Program-made: the position numbers and the translations under genes
NCBI GenBank assembly: GCA_964291215.2
Contig: OZ219791.1
Coordinates: forward strand, 1,280,001-1,344,000
Direction: 5' to 3'
DNA from: Alphaproteobacteria bacterium
Lineage (GTDB): Bacteria; Pseudomonadota; Alphaproteobacteria; MPNO01; UBA830
Length of the DNA: 64,000 bases
The notes under the pieces: model-generated
What the model was told of the DNA's origin: nothing
The model's database searches: none
The model's input: the letters and a program-made list of their open reading frames with translations, nothing else
In this document: positions 31,078-41,681 of the stretch, piece after piece
Position numbering within the stretch: position 1 is the stretch's first letter
How the letters are laid out: every line of letters begins with the position of its first letter

Positions 31078-32009
31078 CGCGGCAGGGTGATCACCCGCGC
31101 TGCACACGACGCCGGCGACGCTGATCACCCGGCGCTGCGGCGCAGACCATGTCTTCCCGGTCAAGGGCGCCCGAAACCTTCGACGGCATCGACCGGGAGA
31201 CGGATGCCACCGGCCGCTTCAAGGAGGAGTTCGACAAGGCCTACGGACGCCTCGAGCAGCGCTCGATACGTGCCGCTCGAGGATCTGATCAACTACCCCG
31301 GCGTCAGCCCACGGTGATCCCACGCTGCTAATCCGGCGACGACTGGCGAGATTTTTATAGTTTGCGTCGCGGTGCAATCGTGCCGCCAAGGCTCGATGGG
31401 ACCTTCTCGGCACGAAAATTGCGATCAAGGAGGCGATCTGTGATGATCCGAGCCCCAACGCATTCGGATTTCGCGTCTCCGAATTAGCATGGGATCGTCA
31501 TGCGTCAGCCAGATCGCCCGTATCAAGCGCTACCGCGAGCCGCTGGGAAAGAGCGTCAGCGGCGCAGCGAGCGGCAACGACCACACCGGTACATCATCAC
31601 CCGCTCGATGCGCAACACGCGTCGCCAGAGGAACTTCTGCGGCCGCGGGCCGTGGAAAACATGAACCACCGAGACTGCGTCTTCGGCGAACACGTCTGCC
31701 TGACACGCCCTGCAAACCGCGCCAGCCTCAACAACATCGCGCTCACGGTGATCTTCGCCAACCGACGCGAGAACCTCGCCGAAACACGACGGCGGCTCGA
31801 CCGCCGGGAAGCCGTCGCAGCCCTGAGCGCCAATGGTGTCCGGCCGATTCCCGGACGCCGCCCACAACCCGCCCACATTCCGAAAACAACCCGCCGATAA
31901 CGCCGCCAGCGACGACCGCGGACGGCCCCGAAGCCAGAAAACCCGGCACGCCGTGAAACCTCCGGACAGCAGAAGACAGCAAAATTGAATGCAGCGTGGG
32001 AAACACCTG
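31078..32009 (+). mobile_element. ISAs1-family transposase 3' remnant interrupted by a MITE
   Basis: Fragments ALHTT, VKG.PETF, DKAYGRLEQR, LINYPGVS/QIAR and VEN.NH.RD..F.E; end GCGTGGGAAACACCTG. Confidence 0.75.
31310..31502. mobile_element. 193-bp MITE with ISAs1-type ends
   Basis: TIRs CACGGTGATCCCACGC / GCATGGGATCGTCATG; TSD CGTCAGCC at 31302-31309 and 31503-31510. Confidence 0.85.
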
Positions 32010-32082
32010 ATAGTCGCGGACGTGACGCTTGCCGGCATCGAAGCTGACGGCTATCTTCGCATCCGCTGTCGGTGGCGGTGCA

Positions 32083-32158
32083 GCCGATGTAGCTCAGATG
32101 GTAGAGCAACGCATTCGTAATGCGTGGGTCGGGGGTTCGAGTCCCTCCATCGGCACCA
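32083..32158 (+). tRNA. tRNA-Thr(CGT)
   Basis: Acceptor stem GCCGATG/CATCGGC; anticodon arm ACGCA-TTCGTAA-TGCGT; GTTCGAGTC T-loop; encoded CCA. Confidence 0.96.
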
Positions 32159-32218
32159 GCCCCGGCGCGGCCGTCCGCAGGGGCCTCAAGATCTTCCACC
32201 TGCGGCAGAGCCGGCCCC

Positions 32219-32251
32219 GCGTCACAAAAAATTCATCAAATTGTCACGCCG
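32219..32251 (+). promoter_or_regulatory. Pho box-like repeats
   Basis: TCAC/TCAT/TCAC at 32222, 32233 and 32244 (11-bp period, A-rich spacers) upstream of pstS. Confidence 0.7.
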
Positions 32252-32351
32252 TCATTAAATAGGCGCAATAGATTCATACTGCCAACGACAGGCGTTGGCT
32301 GACGAGGCGCCAGTGTCTCGTGTTTCCCAAGCCCATCTCCATGGAGGTAAG

Positions 32352-33389
32352 ATGCAAGCGAAAACCCTTGTCGCGGTCACCGCTGCCGCGCTTGTCGCAG
32401 TCGGCGCGGCGGAGGCCCGCGACCAGATCAAGATCGTTGGATCGTCGACGGTGTTTCCGTTCTCGACCACGGTTGCCGAACAGTTCGGTAAGAGAACGCA
32501 GTTCAAGACTCCTGTGGTCGAGAGCACGGGGTCCGGCGGCGGGCTAAAGCTGTTTTGCGCCGGCGTCGGCGTGCAGCATCCGGACATCACGAACGCCTCG
32601 CGCAGGATCAAGAAATCGGAGGTGGAGAAGTGCGCCAAGAACGGCGTGACCAAGATCACGGAAGTCAAGATCGGCTATGACGGCATCGTGCTCGCGCACT
32701 CCAAGTCCGCCAAGCAGATGAACATCACCCTCAGACAGCTGTTCCTGGCCCTGGCCAAGGATGTTCCGGCGAACGAGGACGGCTCGAAGCTGCAGCCGAA
32801 CCCCTACAAGAAATGGAGCGAAGTCGACGTCTCGCTGCCGGACCGCAATATCGAGGTTCTTGGCCCGCCGCCGACATCGGGCACGCGGGATGCGTTCGTG
32901 GAGCTTGCCATGGAGGGCGGCTGCAAGACGTTCGCGGCGCTCAAGGCCATGAAGAAGACCGACAGTAAGATGTATAAGGCGGTCTGTCGCGGCGTTCGTG
33001 AAGACGGCGCCTTTGTCGAGGCGGGCGAGAACGACAACCTGATCGTCCAGAAGCTCAGCGCCAATCCGAAAGCTCTGGGAATCTTCGGATTCTCGTTCCT
33101 CGATGCCAATGCCGACAAGCTTCGAGGCAGCAAGGTCGACGGGGTCGACCCGGAATTCGAGTTGATCGCGTCGGGCAAGTATCCGATTTCGCGGTCCATG
33201 TACTTCTACGTCAAGAACGCGCATGTCGGTGCCATCCCCGGGATCACCGAATACGTCAAGGAGTTCACGTCCGAGAAGGCGTGGGGCGAGGACGGCTACC
33301 TGGTTGACAAGGGCCTGATCCCGCTCGGGGATGCCGATCGGAAGAAGGCCAGCGCCATGGCGAGGAAATTTGCCCCGCTCAGCATGTAG
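32352..33389 (+). CDS. pstS: Phosphate ABC transporter substrate-binding protein
   Basis: IVGSSTVFPF, STGSGGGLKLFC, NASRRIK and GPPPTSGTRDAF. Confidence 0.94.
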   Translation: MQAKTLVAVTAAALVAVGAAEARDQIKIVGSSTVFPFSTTVAEQFGKRTQFKTPVVESTGSGGGLKLFCAGVGVQHPDITNASRRIKKSEVEKCAKNGVTKITEVKIGYDGIVLAHSKSAKQMNITLRQLFLALAKDVPANEDGSKLQPNPYKKWSEVDVSLPDRNIEVLGPPPTSGTRDAFVELAMEGGCKTFAALKAMKKTDSKMYKAVCRGVREDGAFVEAGENDNLIVQKLSANPKALGIFGFSFLDANADKLRGSKVDGVDPEFELIASGKYPISRSMYFYVKNAHVGAIPGITEYVKEFTSEKAWGEDGYLVDKGLIPLGDADRKKASAMARKFAPLSM

Positions 33390-33806
33390 CTGCGTGACAG
33401 CGGTCGAGGCCTTTCGGCCCGCCGCGGGGGCGGCGCTCTCTGGAGAGCCGCCCCTTCTGCGTTCAGAGCCCGGTGTGGTGCAGACGGGGCCTGCTGGCGG
33501 AACCTGCCGCGCATGCTGCGGGTGCGCCAGGTGCAGGCAGGAGCTATCCGGTTGTCACGCGGCGTCTGGTCGTGCAGACGGTCCGGATACGGTGGCTCCG
33601 GACGGTCGACTGTAGGCGCGCGATGACCGCGACAGTCGTCGGTCGGCGCGCAATCCCGCTGATGCTGCGCGCCGGACCAGGCCGGGTCGTTGTCCGCGTT
33701 CACTCGTATGTTCGGATTGGGAACGGTCCGGCCCTGGCGGAGAGTAGTACGGACGGTTCGATGGGCTCCGGCGCGCCAGCGCCGGGAGAAGGCTGTGGAT
33801 GCTGAC

Positions 33807-34148
33807 TTACTGGTTTTCCGCTTCGGCGAGCGCTGCGTCTCTCGAATCGTGGACCGGGATGATCTTGTGAAATCCTGAAATCTCGAAGACTTCCTTGATC
33901 GAGCCGGGGAGGGAACAGAGCATGAACTTTGCGTCCCTCTTCCAGAGGGTCTTCGCCAACAGGAGAATGGCGCGCAGGCCGGCACTGCTGATGTAGGACA
34001 GTTCGGTCATGTCGACGACCACGGCCGTGTCCGAACTGTCAACGGCGACATTCATCGCATCTTCGAAATTGCGGCTGTTGGAGCCGTCGATGCGGCCTTC
34101 CACCCTGACAATCAGGACGCCACTCTCGCGTTCAGTCTTTAGATCCAT
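33807..34148 (-). CDS. STAS-domain anti-sigma factor antagonist
   Basis: GRIDG, LSYISSAGLR and EVFEISGF. Confidence 0.9.
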   Translation of the reverse strand: MDLKTERESGVLIVRVEGRIDGSNSRNFEDAMNVAVDSSDTAVVVDMTELSYISSAGLRAILLLAKTLWKRDAKFMLCSLPGSIKEVFEISGFHKIIPVHDSRDAALAEAENQ

Positions 34149-34540
34149 GGGATTTTCCTTACGCTGGCTTATTCGAATCCAGAATCGCCCACGGATGGTA
34201 ACACGATTCCAGATGCGTTCAAACTACCTGCCGCCCACTTCACGCCGTCGGACGCAAGCACCTTCGGGCAGGATGGACGTTGGCAACCTCGTCGAAGCTA
34301 TTATCACTTGTCCGGGTGCAAGATGCAACAGCCGATAGGGCCAGGACCATTCTGTTGTCCCGATCGGCGGCGGACAACCGTGTCAGAGTGGCCGTTCTTG
34401 AAGTTGGTGGCACCGTCTCAAGGTCGAAACCGGCATATCGACAACGAAATCCGCTCCCGAATGGACCTCCAGATCTGCCTACAACGCCCCCTCGTCGGAC
34501 GAAACATGACAAAAGAAGAGTCCTGCCGATAGGACACTAT

Positions 34541-34733
34541 CACGGTGATCCCATGCTGATTCCGAGACGCGAAATCCGAGTGCGTTGGGGCTCGCGTCAT
34601 CACAGATCGCCTCCTTGATCGCAATTTTTCGCGCCGAGAAGGCCCCATCGGGCCTTGGCGGCACGATTGCAGCGCGACGCAGACTGAAAAATCTCGCCAG
34701 TCGTCGCTGGATTGGCAGCGTGGGATCATCGTG
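34541..34733. mobile_element. 193-bp MITE, second copy (inverted)
   Basis: Reverse-complement homologue of 31310-31502; TIRs CACGGTGATCCCATGC / GCGTGGGATCATCGTG; no TSD seen. Confidence 0.85.
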
Positions 34734-34891
34734 CGATAGGGAGCGGGTTCCGCCGAACCGCCAGAGCAGCTCAGCTATCGCTCCGACGGCTTCCTGCCGG
34801 CGCCGGTTTTGCCTCCTCGTCCCTAAGGTTCTACAAATGGCGTGCGCCGTTCAGCGGATTGCGGAGCGGCAGACTTCCGGAGACCGTTCGC

Positions 34892-36505
34892 ATGGGTGAA
34901 GCGCCGCGTCAGTTCGACTATGTCATTGTCGGAGGCGGATCGGCCGGCTGCGTCCTGGCCAATCGCTTGTCCGAGGACCCGTCGACGACGGTGTGCCTGC
35001 TGGAGGCCGGCTCACGGGACCGGCGTCCCTGGATACATGTTCCCCTTGGCGTCATGCGCTGCATGTTCGACGGGGCGATCAACTGGAAGTTCTCCAGCGC
35101 CGCCCAGACAGGCATGAGTGGCCGCAACATCTACATGCCGCGCGGCAAGACGCTGGGCGGTTCGAGCTCCATCAACGGAATGATCTATGTCCGCGGCCAT
35201 CGCGGGGACTATGACGACTGGGCCGCGCTCGGCAACGAGGGCTGGGGCTTCGACGATGTGGTGCCCTACTTCCGGAAATCGGAGAACAACCTCGAGTACG
35301 GTGACGCCGAGCTTCACGGCGACAGCGGTCCGCTGGACGTCACCTACATCAACAGGCCGAGCCCCCTGCACGAGACGTTCTTCCACGCCGCCGAGGAGTT
35401 GCAATACCGCCGCAACGACGATTTCAACGGCGCCGCTCAGGAAGGGTTCGGGATCTATCAGGTAACCCAGAGGAAGGGCCGGCGGCTGTCGACCGCGCGC
35501 GCGTTCCTCAAACCGGTCGAGAAACGCAAGAACCTGTCGGTGATCACCGGCGCCACGGCAACCCGCATACGGATTGAGGATGGGCGCGCCTCCGGGGTCG
35601 AGGTCAGGATCGGCAACGTTCCCGCGGTGATTGCCGTCCGGCGGGAACTCGTTCTCTCCGCCGGTGCGCTGCTTTCTCCGAAGCTCCTGATGCTGTCCGG
35701 CATCGGCGGCGGCAACGAGCTCAAGGCGTGCGGAATCGAGCCGGTCCACGAACTTCCCGGAGTCGGCCGGAACCTGCACGACCATCCCGCGATACACGCC
35801 TTCTACCGTACTCGTAGCCGCAGGGCTTACGGCCTCACGGTCGGCGCGATTCCGGAACTCGCATGGTGGATGCTTGAATATGCGGCGGCCCGGACGGGGC
35901 TCCTCGCAAGCAACATGGTCGAAGCGGGTGGATTCGTGAAGACCCGCCCCGGCGTCGAACGGCCCGACATCCAGCTCAATTTCATTCCCGGTTACCGCGA
36001 GTCGCCGAGCCGGATGATCGGTTACGGTCGCGGCTACGTGGTGACGGCGGCCCTTCTGCGGCCGACCAGCCGGGGTTCGCTAACTGTGGAGACCGCCGAT
36101 CCCGACACCCCGCCCCGCATCGATCCCAACCTGCTCGGCACCGACGAGGATCTCGAGATCCTGACCGACGGGTTCGGCATCGGACGCAGGATTGCCAATG
36201 CTCCGGCATTCTCCGGAATTGACGGCACGGAACGCTATCCGGGCGATGCCGTTCAATCCAGGGACGAGCTCAAGGCGTATGTCCGGAACAATGGAGCGAC
36301 TATTTTTCACCCTGTCGGCACCTGTAAGATGGGTTCGGACGATATGGCCGTGGTGGATTCGCGCTTGAAGGTCAGGGGTCTTGCCGGCCTGCGCGTCGTC
36401 GACGCCTCGATCATGCCGAGCATTGTCGGTGGCAACACCAATGCGCCGACCATCATGATCGCGGAGAAGGCCTCCGACATGGTCAAAGAGGACGCGCGCG
36501 CCTGA
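34892..36505 (+). CDS. GMC oxidoreductase (choline/alcohol dehydrogenase family)
   Basis: GGGSAG, GKTLGGSSSINGM, VGRNLHDH, HPVGTCKMG and GNTNAPTIMIAE. Confidence 0.93.
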   Translation: MGEAPRQFDYVIVGGGSAGCVLANRLSEDPSTTVCLLEAGSRDRRPWIHVPLGVMRCMFDGAINWKFSSAAQTGMSGRNIYMPRGKTLGGSSSINGMIYVRGHRGDYDDWAALGNEGWGFDDVVPYFRKSENNLEYGDAELHGDSGPLDVTYINRPSPLHETFFHAAEELQYRRNDDFNGAAQEGFGIYQVTQRKGRRLSTARAFLKPVEKRKNLSVITGATATRIRIEDGRASGVEVRIGNVPAVIAVRRELVLSAGALLSPKLLMLSGIGGGNELKACGIEPVHELPGVGRNLHDHPAIHAFYRTRSRRAYGLTVGAIPELAWWMLEYAAARTGLLASNMVEAGGFVKTRPGVERPDIQLNFIPGYRESPSRMIGYGRGYVVTAALLRPTSRGSLTVETADPDTPPRIDPNLLGTDEDLEILTDGFGIGRRIANAPAFSGIDGTERYPGDAVQSRDELKAYVRNNGATIFHPVGTCKMGSDDMAVVDSRLKVRGLAGLRVVDASIMPSIVGGNTNAPTIMIAEKASDMVKEDARA

Positions 36506-36550
36506 GGCGCCGCGCCCGGGACTGCTGTGGCGGGAACCGAGGGTGTCAGG

Positions 36551-37510
36551 ATGAACTCTGCGCTGGTCTGCACCTCGCATTCGCCGATTCTCTATGTCCG
36601 CCCGGAAGCGCCGCCCTACGAGGAAGAGGTCTTCGCAGCCCTTGCGGCGCGGCGCGACGCCATTCTCGCTTTTAATCCTGAGGTTGTGTTCTTTTTCGGC
36701 GCCGATCATTTTGCAGGCTTTCATCTGAACGCGATGCCGGCGTTCTGCATCGGTACCGGCGCCGCGACGGCGATTGACGATGTCGGCGGCTTTCCCGGCG
36801 ATTTCGATGTGGATACCGCCGCCGCCCGGGGCTTGGTGCGGCATCTGCGCGGCCAAGCGTTCGATGTCGCGCTCTCGGAACGGATGACCGTGGATCACGG
36901 GTTCTCCCAGACCATGAAGAACGTCTTCGGTGAACTTGACGCTTTTCCCTGTGTTCCGATCTTCATTGGTGGAATATGCCAGCCGTTTCTGCAGTTCCAA
37001 AGGACGCGGCAGTTTGGCAGCGCGATCGGTCAGTATGCCACCTCGCTCGGCAAGCGGGTGCTCTTTGCCGGGTCGGGAGGCCTTTCACACCATCCGACGC
37101 GCTACTACCCGCTGCCCGGCGAGGCCGATCCCGAAGTCGAGGCTTGGCAGATGGCAGGACCCCTCGGCGGAACCTTCACGCAGGAGGAATGGCTGAAGCG
37201 GCTCTTCGACATGCATGTCGAGGGCGGACGGATGCTCAGGGACGGGCGCAGGACCCGCGAGCAGATCAGGCTCAATCCGGCGGTCGACCGGGCGTTCCTC
37301 GACGTGCTGGCGTCGGGGGACCTTTCTCCGCTCGACGGTTGGTTGATGGAGGACCTGTTCGAGACGGCCGGCATCGGTTTCACCGAACTGCATGGCTGGG
37401 TGGCTGCGGTGGCGGCGAATCTCGCCTGCGATGGTGCGGCGCCTACGGTCGATTTCTATCTCGATTCGCTGGATTACGCGATTGGCTTTGGCATCATTCA
37501 CGCTGACTAG
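36551..37510 (+). CDS. LigB-family extradiol dioxygenase, MhpB-like
   Basis: SHSP, DHFAGF..MPAFCIG, VDHG, GSGGLSH and late E; long insert typical of MhpB. Confidence 0.85.
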   Translation: MNSALVCTSHSPILYVRPEAPPYEEEVFAALAARRDAILAFNPEVVFFFGADHFAGFHLNAMPAFCIGTGAATAIDDVGGFPGDFDVDTAAARGLVRHLRGQAFDVALSERMTVDHGFSQTMKNVFGELDAFPCVPIFIGGICQPFLQFQRTRQFGSAIGQYATSLGKRVLFAGSGGLSHHPTRYYPLPGEADPEVEAWQMAGPLGGTFTQEEWLKRLFDMHVEGGRMLRDGRRTREQIRLNPAVDRAFLDVLASGDLSPLDGWLMEDLFETAGIGFTELHGWVAAVAANLACDGAAPTVDFYLDSLDYAIGFGIIHAD

Positions 37511-37527
37511 CCGCCGCGCACGAACAG

Positions 37528-38775
37528 TCAATCGGTGCCGCGGTGGCCGTGGTGATGCGATTGCATGTAGTGCAGCCGTAGCAGGTCCACTCCGTAATCA
37601 TTGCCGTTCGGCGTGCGCACGATCGTGTGGATGTGAAAATTCCGCGGTTCCGCGTTGGTCAGAAACAGGCCGGAATGCTGGTCGAACTCGATGAATATGA
37701 CCGGGCTCTGGATGCGGTAGTAGAAGGCCGCCGTCTCCTCCATTCCCCCGATCCAGCAGAAATGCGTGTCCCCGAGATGACGCGCGACCTCGTCCATCCT
37801 TGCCTGCAACGGTCCCGAGGGGAGCGGATCGACATAGGCCTCGATCAGGTCGAGCAGTATGCGTTGCTGCGGCCCCGTCAGGGTGTCGCAGGGCAGACCC
37901 TCATAGGGAACGATCCTGTTGTCCTGGTAGGCGCCTCCGAGGTGGAAATGGTCTGCGGGATGCCATCTGCCGGGCGGATGATCCTCGCCGTTCATGGACG
38001 CCGAAACGCGTGCCTTATTGCGCATCTGCAGCGTCAGCGAACGCATCAACTCGAGGCCTCGCTTCTCTTCGTCCGTGAACACGCTGATGCCCTCGAAGCG
38101 GCCCTGGTCGGCATAGGTCGGTTCGGCGCCCATGAAGCAGGGGGTCAAGACCATTTGTCCGCCGATCACGAGGCAGTTCAGGCTTAGGTGATGTCCGAAG
38201 AGCTGCCAGCCCCAAGGCTCGGAAACCGACGGAACCCCGAACAGCGCGAACGTGTAGCTCCATTCCCCGAGCACCCCGGGGGCATCCAGAAGTTCGCCTA
38301 GAAAGGCGTTCAGGCGCATCACCGAGCGTGATTTCTCCATGCCCTTCGAGCTCAGGCTGGCTTCGAGCACCGAGAGCACCGCCTCGCGGAGGTCCGGCTC
38401 CACCCCGTCGAGGCGCAGGCCGTGCCCGTCGACGCAGAGTTCGGTGTTCTGCCAGTGTCGCCACTGTTCCGACTCGACCGCAAACACCGTCTTCTGCTTC
38501 TGTTCGGTGGACAGGCGGGCGAGGAGGGCGATCGCAGCATTGGTCATGGTCGATGCGGGCGCATCCTCGGACCGCAACGAAAAGAGTTCGCCTCGGACCT
38601 GCCCGTCGGACGTCAGGCCGGTGAAAGGCCGTTCTCGGAGCTCCGCCCAGCCAGCGAGCAGCTTCCGGGCTCGTTCCCGTCTGCAGATTGCGGCCGTGTG
38701 TTCTTCGGCTGTCGCCCCCGCTATGCGTGACTGTCCGGTCTCCGGCACGAAGGGGCGGAAGTCGGCGCGGCTCAT
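37528..38775 (-). CDS. DUF3500-like protein
   Basis: PWGWQLFGHHLSLN, TP.FMGAEP, FYYRIQSP..IEFD and HIHTIVRTPNGNDYG. Confidence 0.8.
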   Translation of the reverse strand: MSRADFRPFVPETGQSRIAGATAEEHTAAICRRERARKLLAGWAELRERPFTGLTSDGQVRGELFSLRSEDAPASTMTNAAIALLARLSTEQKQKTVFAVESEQWRHWQNTELCVDGHGLRLDGVEPDLREAVLSVLEASLSSKGMEKSRSVMRLNAFLGELLDAPGVLGEWSYTFALFGVPSVSEPWGWQLFGHHLSLNCLVIGGQMVLTPCFMGAEPTYADQGRFEGISVFTDEEKRGLELMRSLTLQMRNKARVSASMNGEDHPPGRWHPADHFHLGGAYQDNRIVPYEGLPCDTLTGPQQRILLDLIEAYVDPLPSGPLQARMDEVARHLGDTHFCWIGGMEETAAFYYRIQSPVIFIEFDQHSGLFLTNAEPRNFHIHTIVRTPNGNDYGVDLLRLHYMQSHHHGHRGTD

Positions 38776-40038
38776 ATGTCCTGTCCCCGTGTGGAAGGTT
38801 TGGGGCAGGATAGAACTCCGGAGCGTGGTCTTTCAACCTGACACTGTTAACTCGCACGGTGATCCCACGCCAAGTTTGTTGGAAGGGTCGGTTTCGCTTG
38901 TTCAGGATGATTCGCATTTTCGCTGACTTTTTGTGAAGCGGCGCAGTATCCGTTGTCGTGATGGAAGGGGCAGCGGATTTTTTTGAGACGACTCTGGAGG
39001 GTTTTGCGCTCCGGGATGTAGTTGTGCGCCTTGCGTGGCCTGATGTCGCTGGAATCGTGCGGTTGACGGTATCCTGGTTTCAAGCAGTTTGCCGGTCGAG
39101 GTCTGCGCTACGTGTTCACCTGGCGCGGGCAGTGGATTGGCGCTGCGGGCTGGCAGACGGGCGCCCTCGGCTGCGCACCGCGGGACCGTTGGATTGGCTG
39201 GCGCCGCGAGGAACAGTTCAGGCGGTTGCCGGGAACAACACGAGGTTTGTTGTTCTTGGTGGTCGCCGGGTGCTGCCGGGCCTTGCCTCGTTTGCGTTGT
39301 CGCGGATGGTGCGGTGGCGACCGGGAGGCTGCCGTTGCTTGTTGCGGAGTCGTTTGTCTCGCCGACGAAGTTCAGCGGCACCATGTACAAGGTGGCGAAC
39401 CGGGAGGGCGTTGGCAGGAGCTATGCGCGCGCCAACGGGCGCCGACCGGCACAGGGAGGCGAAGGATCTTTACGTGTTTCCGCTGCGTCGTGACGTCGGC
39501 TGCGGGACCGTTCGTCGCGGGTGCAGTTCTCGTATGGCGAATCCAATTCATTGATTTAACACGGTTGTGCGGTCGCGAGGCAGCGGCGAAAACGGGTTTT
39601 CGTGACAATCGCCCGTTTCGGGACAGGATTTTGTCACGACCCCCGCGGCATCGACAGGGTGATCCGGGCGCTGCGCCATCTTCGCGACACCGCGGCGCCA
39701 ACGGGCCGACATCGACAGGGAACCGGCCTTTTTCCGCAAGCATCGCCACCGCATGCGCTACCACGCGCTGAAGCAACCGGCTCGGGAATTGTCGAGGCGG
39801 CGTATCTACTCACCCCTAGTTGGGTTCTGATTCATAGTGCTCGTTGATGATGTCTGCGGCTTTTCCGTCGAGGGCGATCTGGGTGGCGACGAGTGGGTTG
39901 TAGCCGAGTGCGGCCATGGAGGTGAGGTAGCTTGAGCTCCGGCACCATGCTTTTGCGTGGAGCGGAAGCATCCGGACACCTTGACCTTTGCCATCCTGAT
40001 CTTCTGTTCTCCGGCATTGTTGGTGAAGCTGACATTGG

Positions 40039-41681
40039 GTGCGCCAGGCTAACTGGTGGAATGTTGCCGGGTGCAAGTCCCGGCAGGAAGAGAGGCTAAC
40101 CACCACTTTCTCCGTGAACCATGCGTCGTGAGGCGTCAGGCGAAGCGTTGGGGAACGGCAGGCCGGGCTATTGAGCCACGAGATGCTTTGAAACCGGAGT
40201 GCCGAGGTCGTGGCCGAAGGCAACGAGCCGCGTTGGTGAGGGGGGCTCCGCGGGGTCCGAGAACCATGGCCGAAGCAGGGACCTGGGAGGTCTTTCAATC
40301 GCCCCTCTGTCGTGGAGGGGCCGCAGAGGAAAGGAACTATTCCATAAACCGATGATGAACGAGAAGTCAGATCCGGCCATAGTACCGTTGAAGGCGGCGA
40401 ACAAGGGTTCTTCGGAGCCTGCGGAGTTGCTGGAGGGAAGGGCAATGCGGTTGGCCCGCGCCGCGCGCAGAAGCGGGGGTCACAGGCGGCTGAACGCAGG
40501 TAGCGAAGAGGAACCCGGAAGAGCGTCTTTACTCCACCACGTGACGGTCGACGCTCTGCACGATGCGTTCCATTCCTTGAGGAAGGACGCGGCGGCGGGG
40601 CGTTGTGTGGCAAGCGTATGCGGAGGGTGTGGAACTGCCTGCACGCCCGTGTGCACAGGGGCGGGCGCCTCCGGGGTTTACATACCCAAGGAGGATGGAG
40701 GGCAACGACCGCTTGCCTCGGACAAGATTCTTCAGCGGGCGGTGTGATTCTGGTGCCGCGAGACGGAGTTCCTCGGGTTTAGTTACGGTTTCCGGCCGGG
40801 GCGCATCACGCGCTCGACGCCGTCACGGTGGAACGGCGGAAGGTCAACTGGATCGTTGACGCCCGCGGGTTCTTCGACAATCTCGACCGCGACCACCTGA
40901 TTGCGATGCTCGGGAAACGGATCGGGGGGTTATCCGGCTGATCATCAAGTGGCTGAACGCCGGCGTCATGGAAGGGACCGACTGGTCGGATACGGGCAAG
41001 GGAACACCGCAGGGGGCGATTGTATCGCCCTGCCTCGCGAACGTTTACCTGCACTACGTGCGACTGGTTCCAGAACCACTGGCGCAAGCGGATGGCTGGA
41101 GGCGACACGATCATTATGCGGACGACTTCGTGTGCGGCTTTCAGCATCTGGGCGATGCGCAGCGCTTTCTCCGGGACCTTGGGGAGAGGCTGGCCCACTT
41201 GAACTGCACCCGGACAATCATCGAGTTCGGTCGGTTTGCCAGAGCGAACCGCCGGAAGCAGGGCAAGACATTCGACTTCCTCGGCATGACGCACTTCTGC
41301 GAACAGACGAGGAAAGGCAGGTTCAGGGTCGGTCGCAAACCGTCTCGCAAACGGGCACCCTGCGGCGGATCAAGGGGGCCTTGCGCATGCGATGGCACGA
41401 CAACCGGCACGAAACGGCCAAGTGGTGAGTCATCAACGGCTGCTACTACGCCGTCCCGGGAAGCAGTCAATCCCTGCAGGGGTTCATACACCAATGCAAA
41501 CGGCTGCGTGCCCTTCGGCGACGCTCCCAAAAGGACTTCACCGGGGACATAGACACCCTCGCCGCTGCCCACTGAGCCAGCATCCGCCACCCGTGGCCAA
41601 ACCAGCGCCTTGTCGTCAGGGGAGGAGCGAACAGCGCACGTCCGGTTCTGTGCGGGGGGTAACCCGGTTCCCTACCGCAAT
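40039..41681 (+). mobile_element. Group II intron tandem copy 1 (RT pseudogene)
   Basis: GTGCG...CCCTACCGCAAT; RT motifs LLHHV, YIPK.DG..RPL, GTPQGAIVSP.LANVYLHYV, YADD and FDFLG in broken frames. Confidence 0.93.

Noticed and set aside
32009-32160. tRNA-Thr as the integration site of an island
   Set aside because: No integrase and no duplicated tRNA 3' end seen in the window.
33390-34540. Intergenic stretches around the STAS gene as ncRNA or small genes
   Set aside because: No convincing structure, RBS-linked ORF or motif seen by eye.
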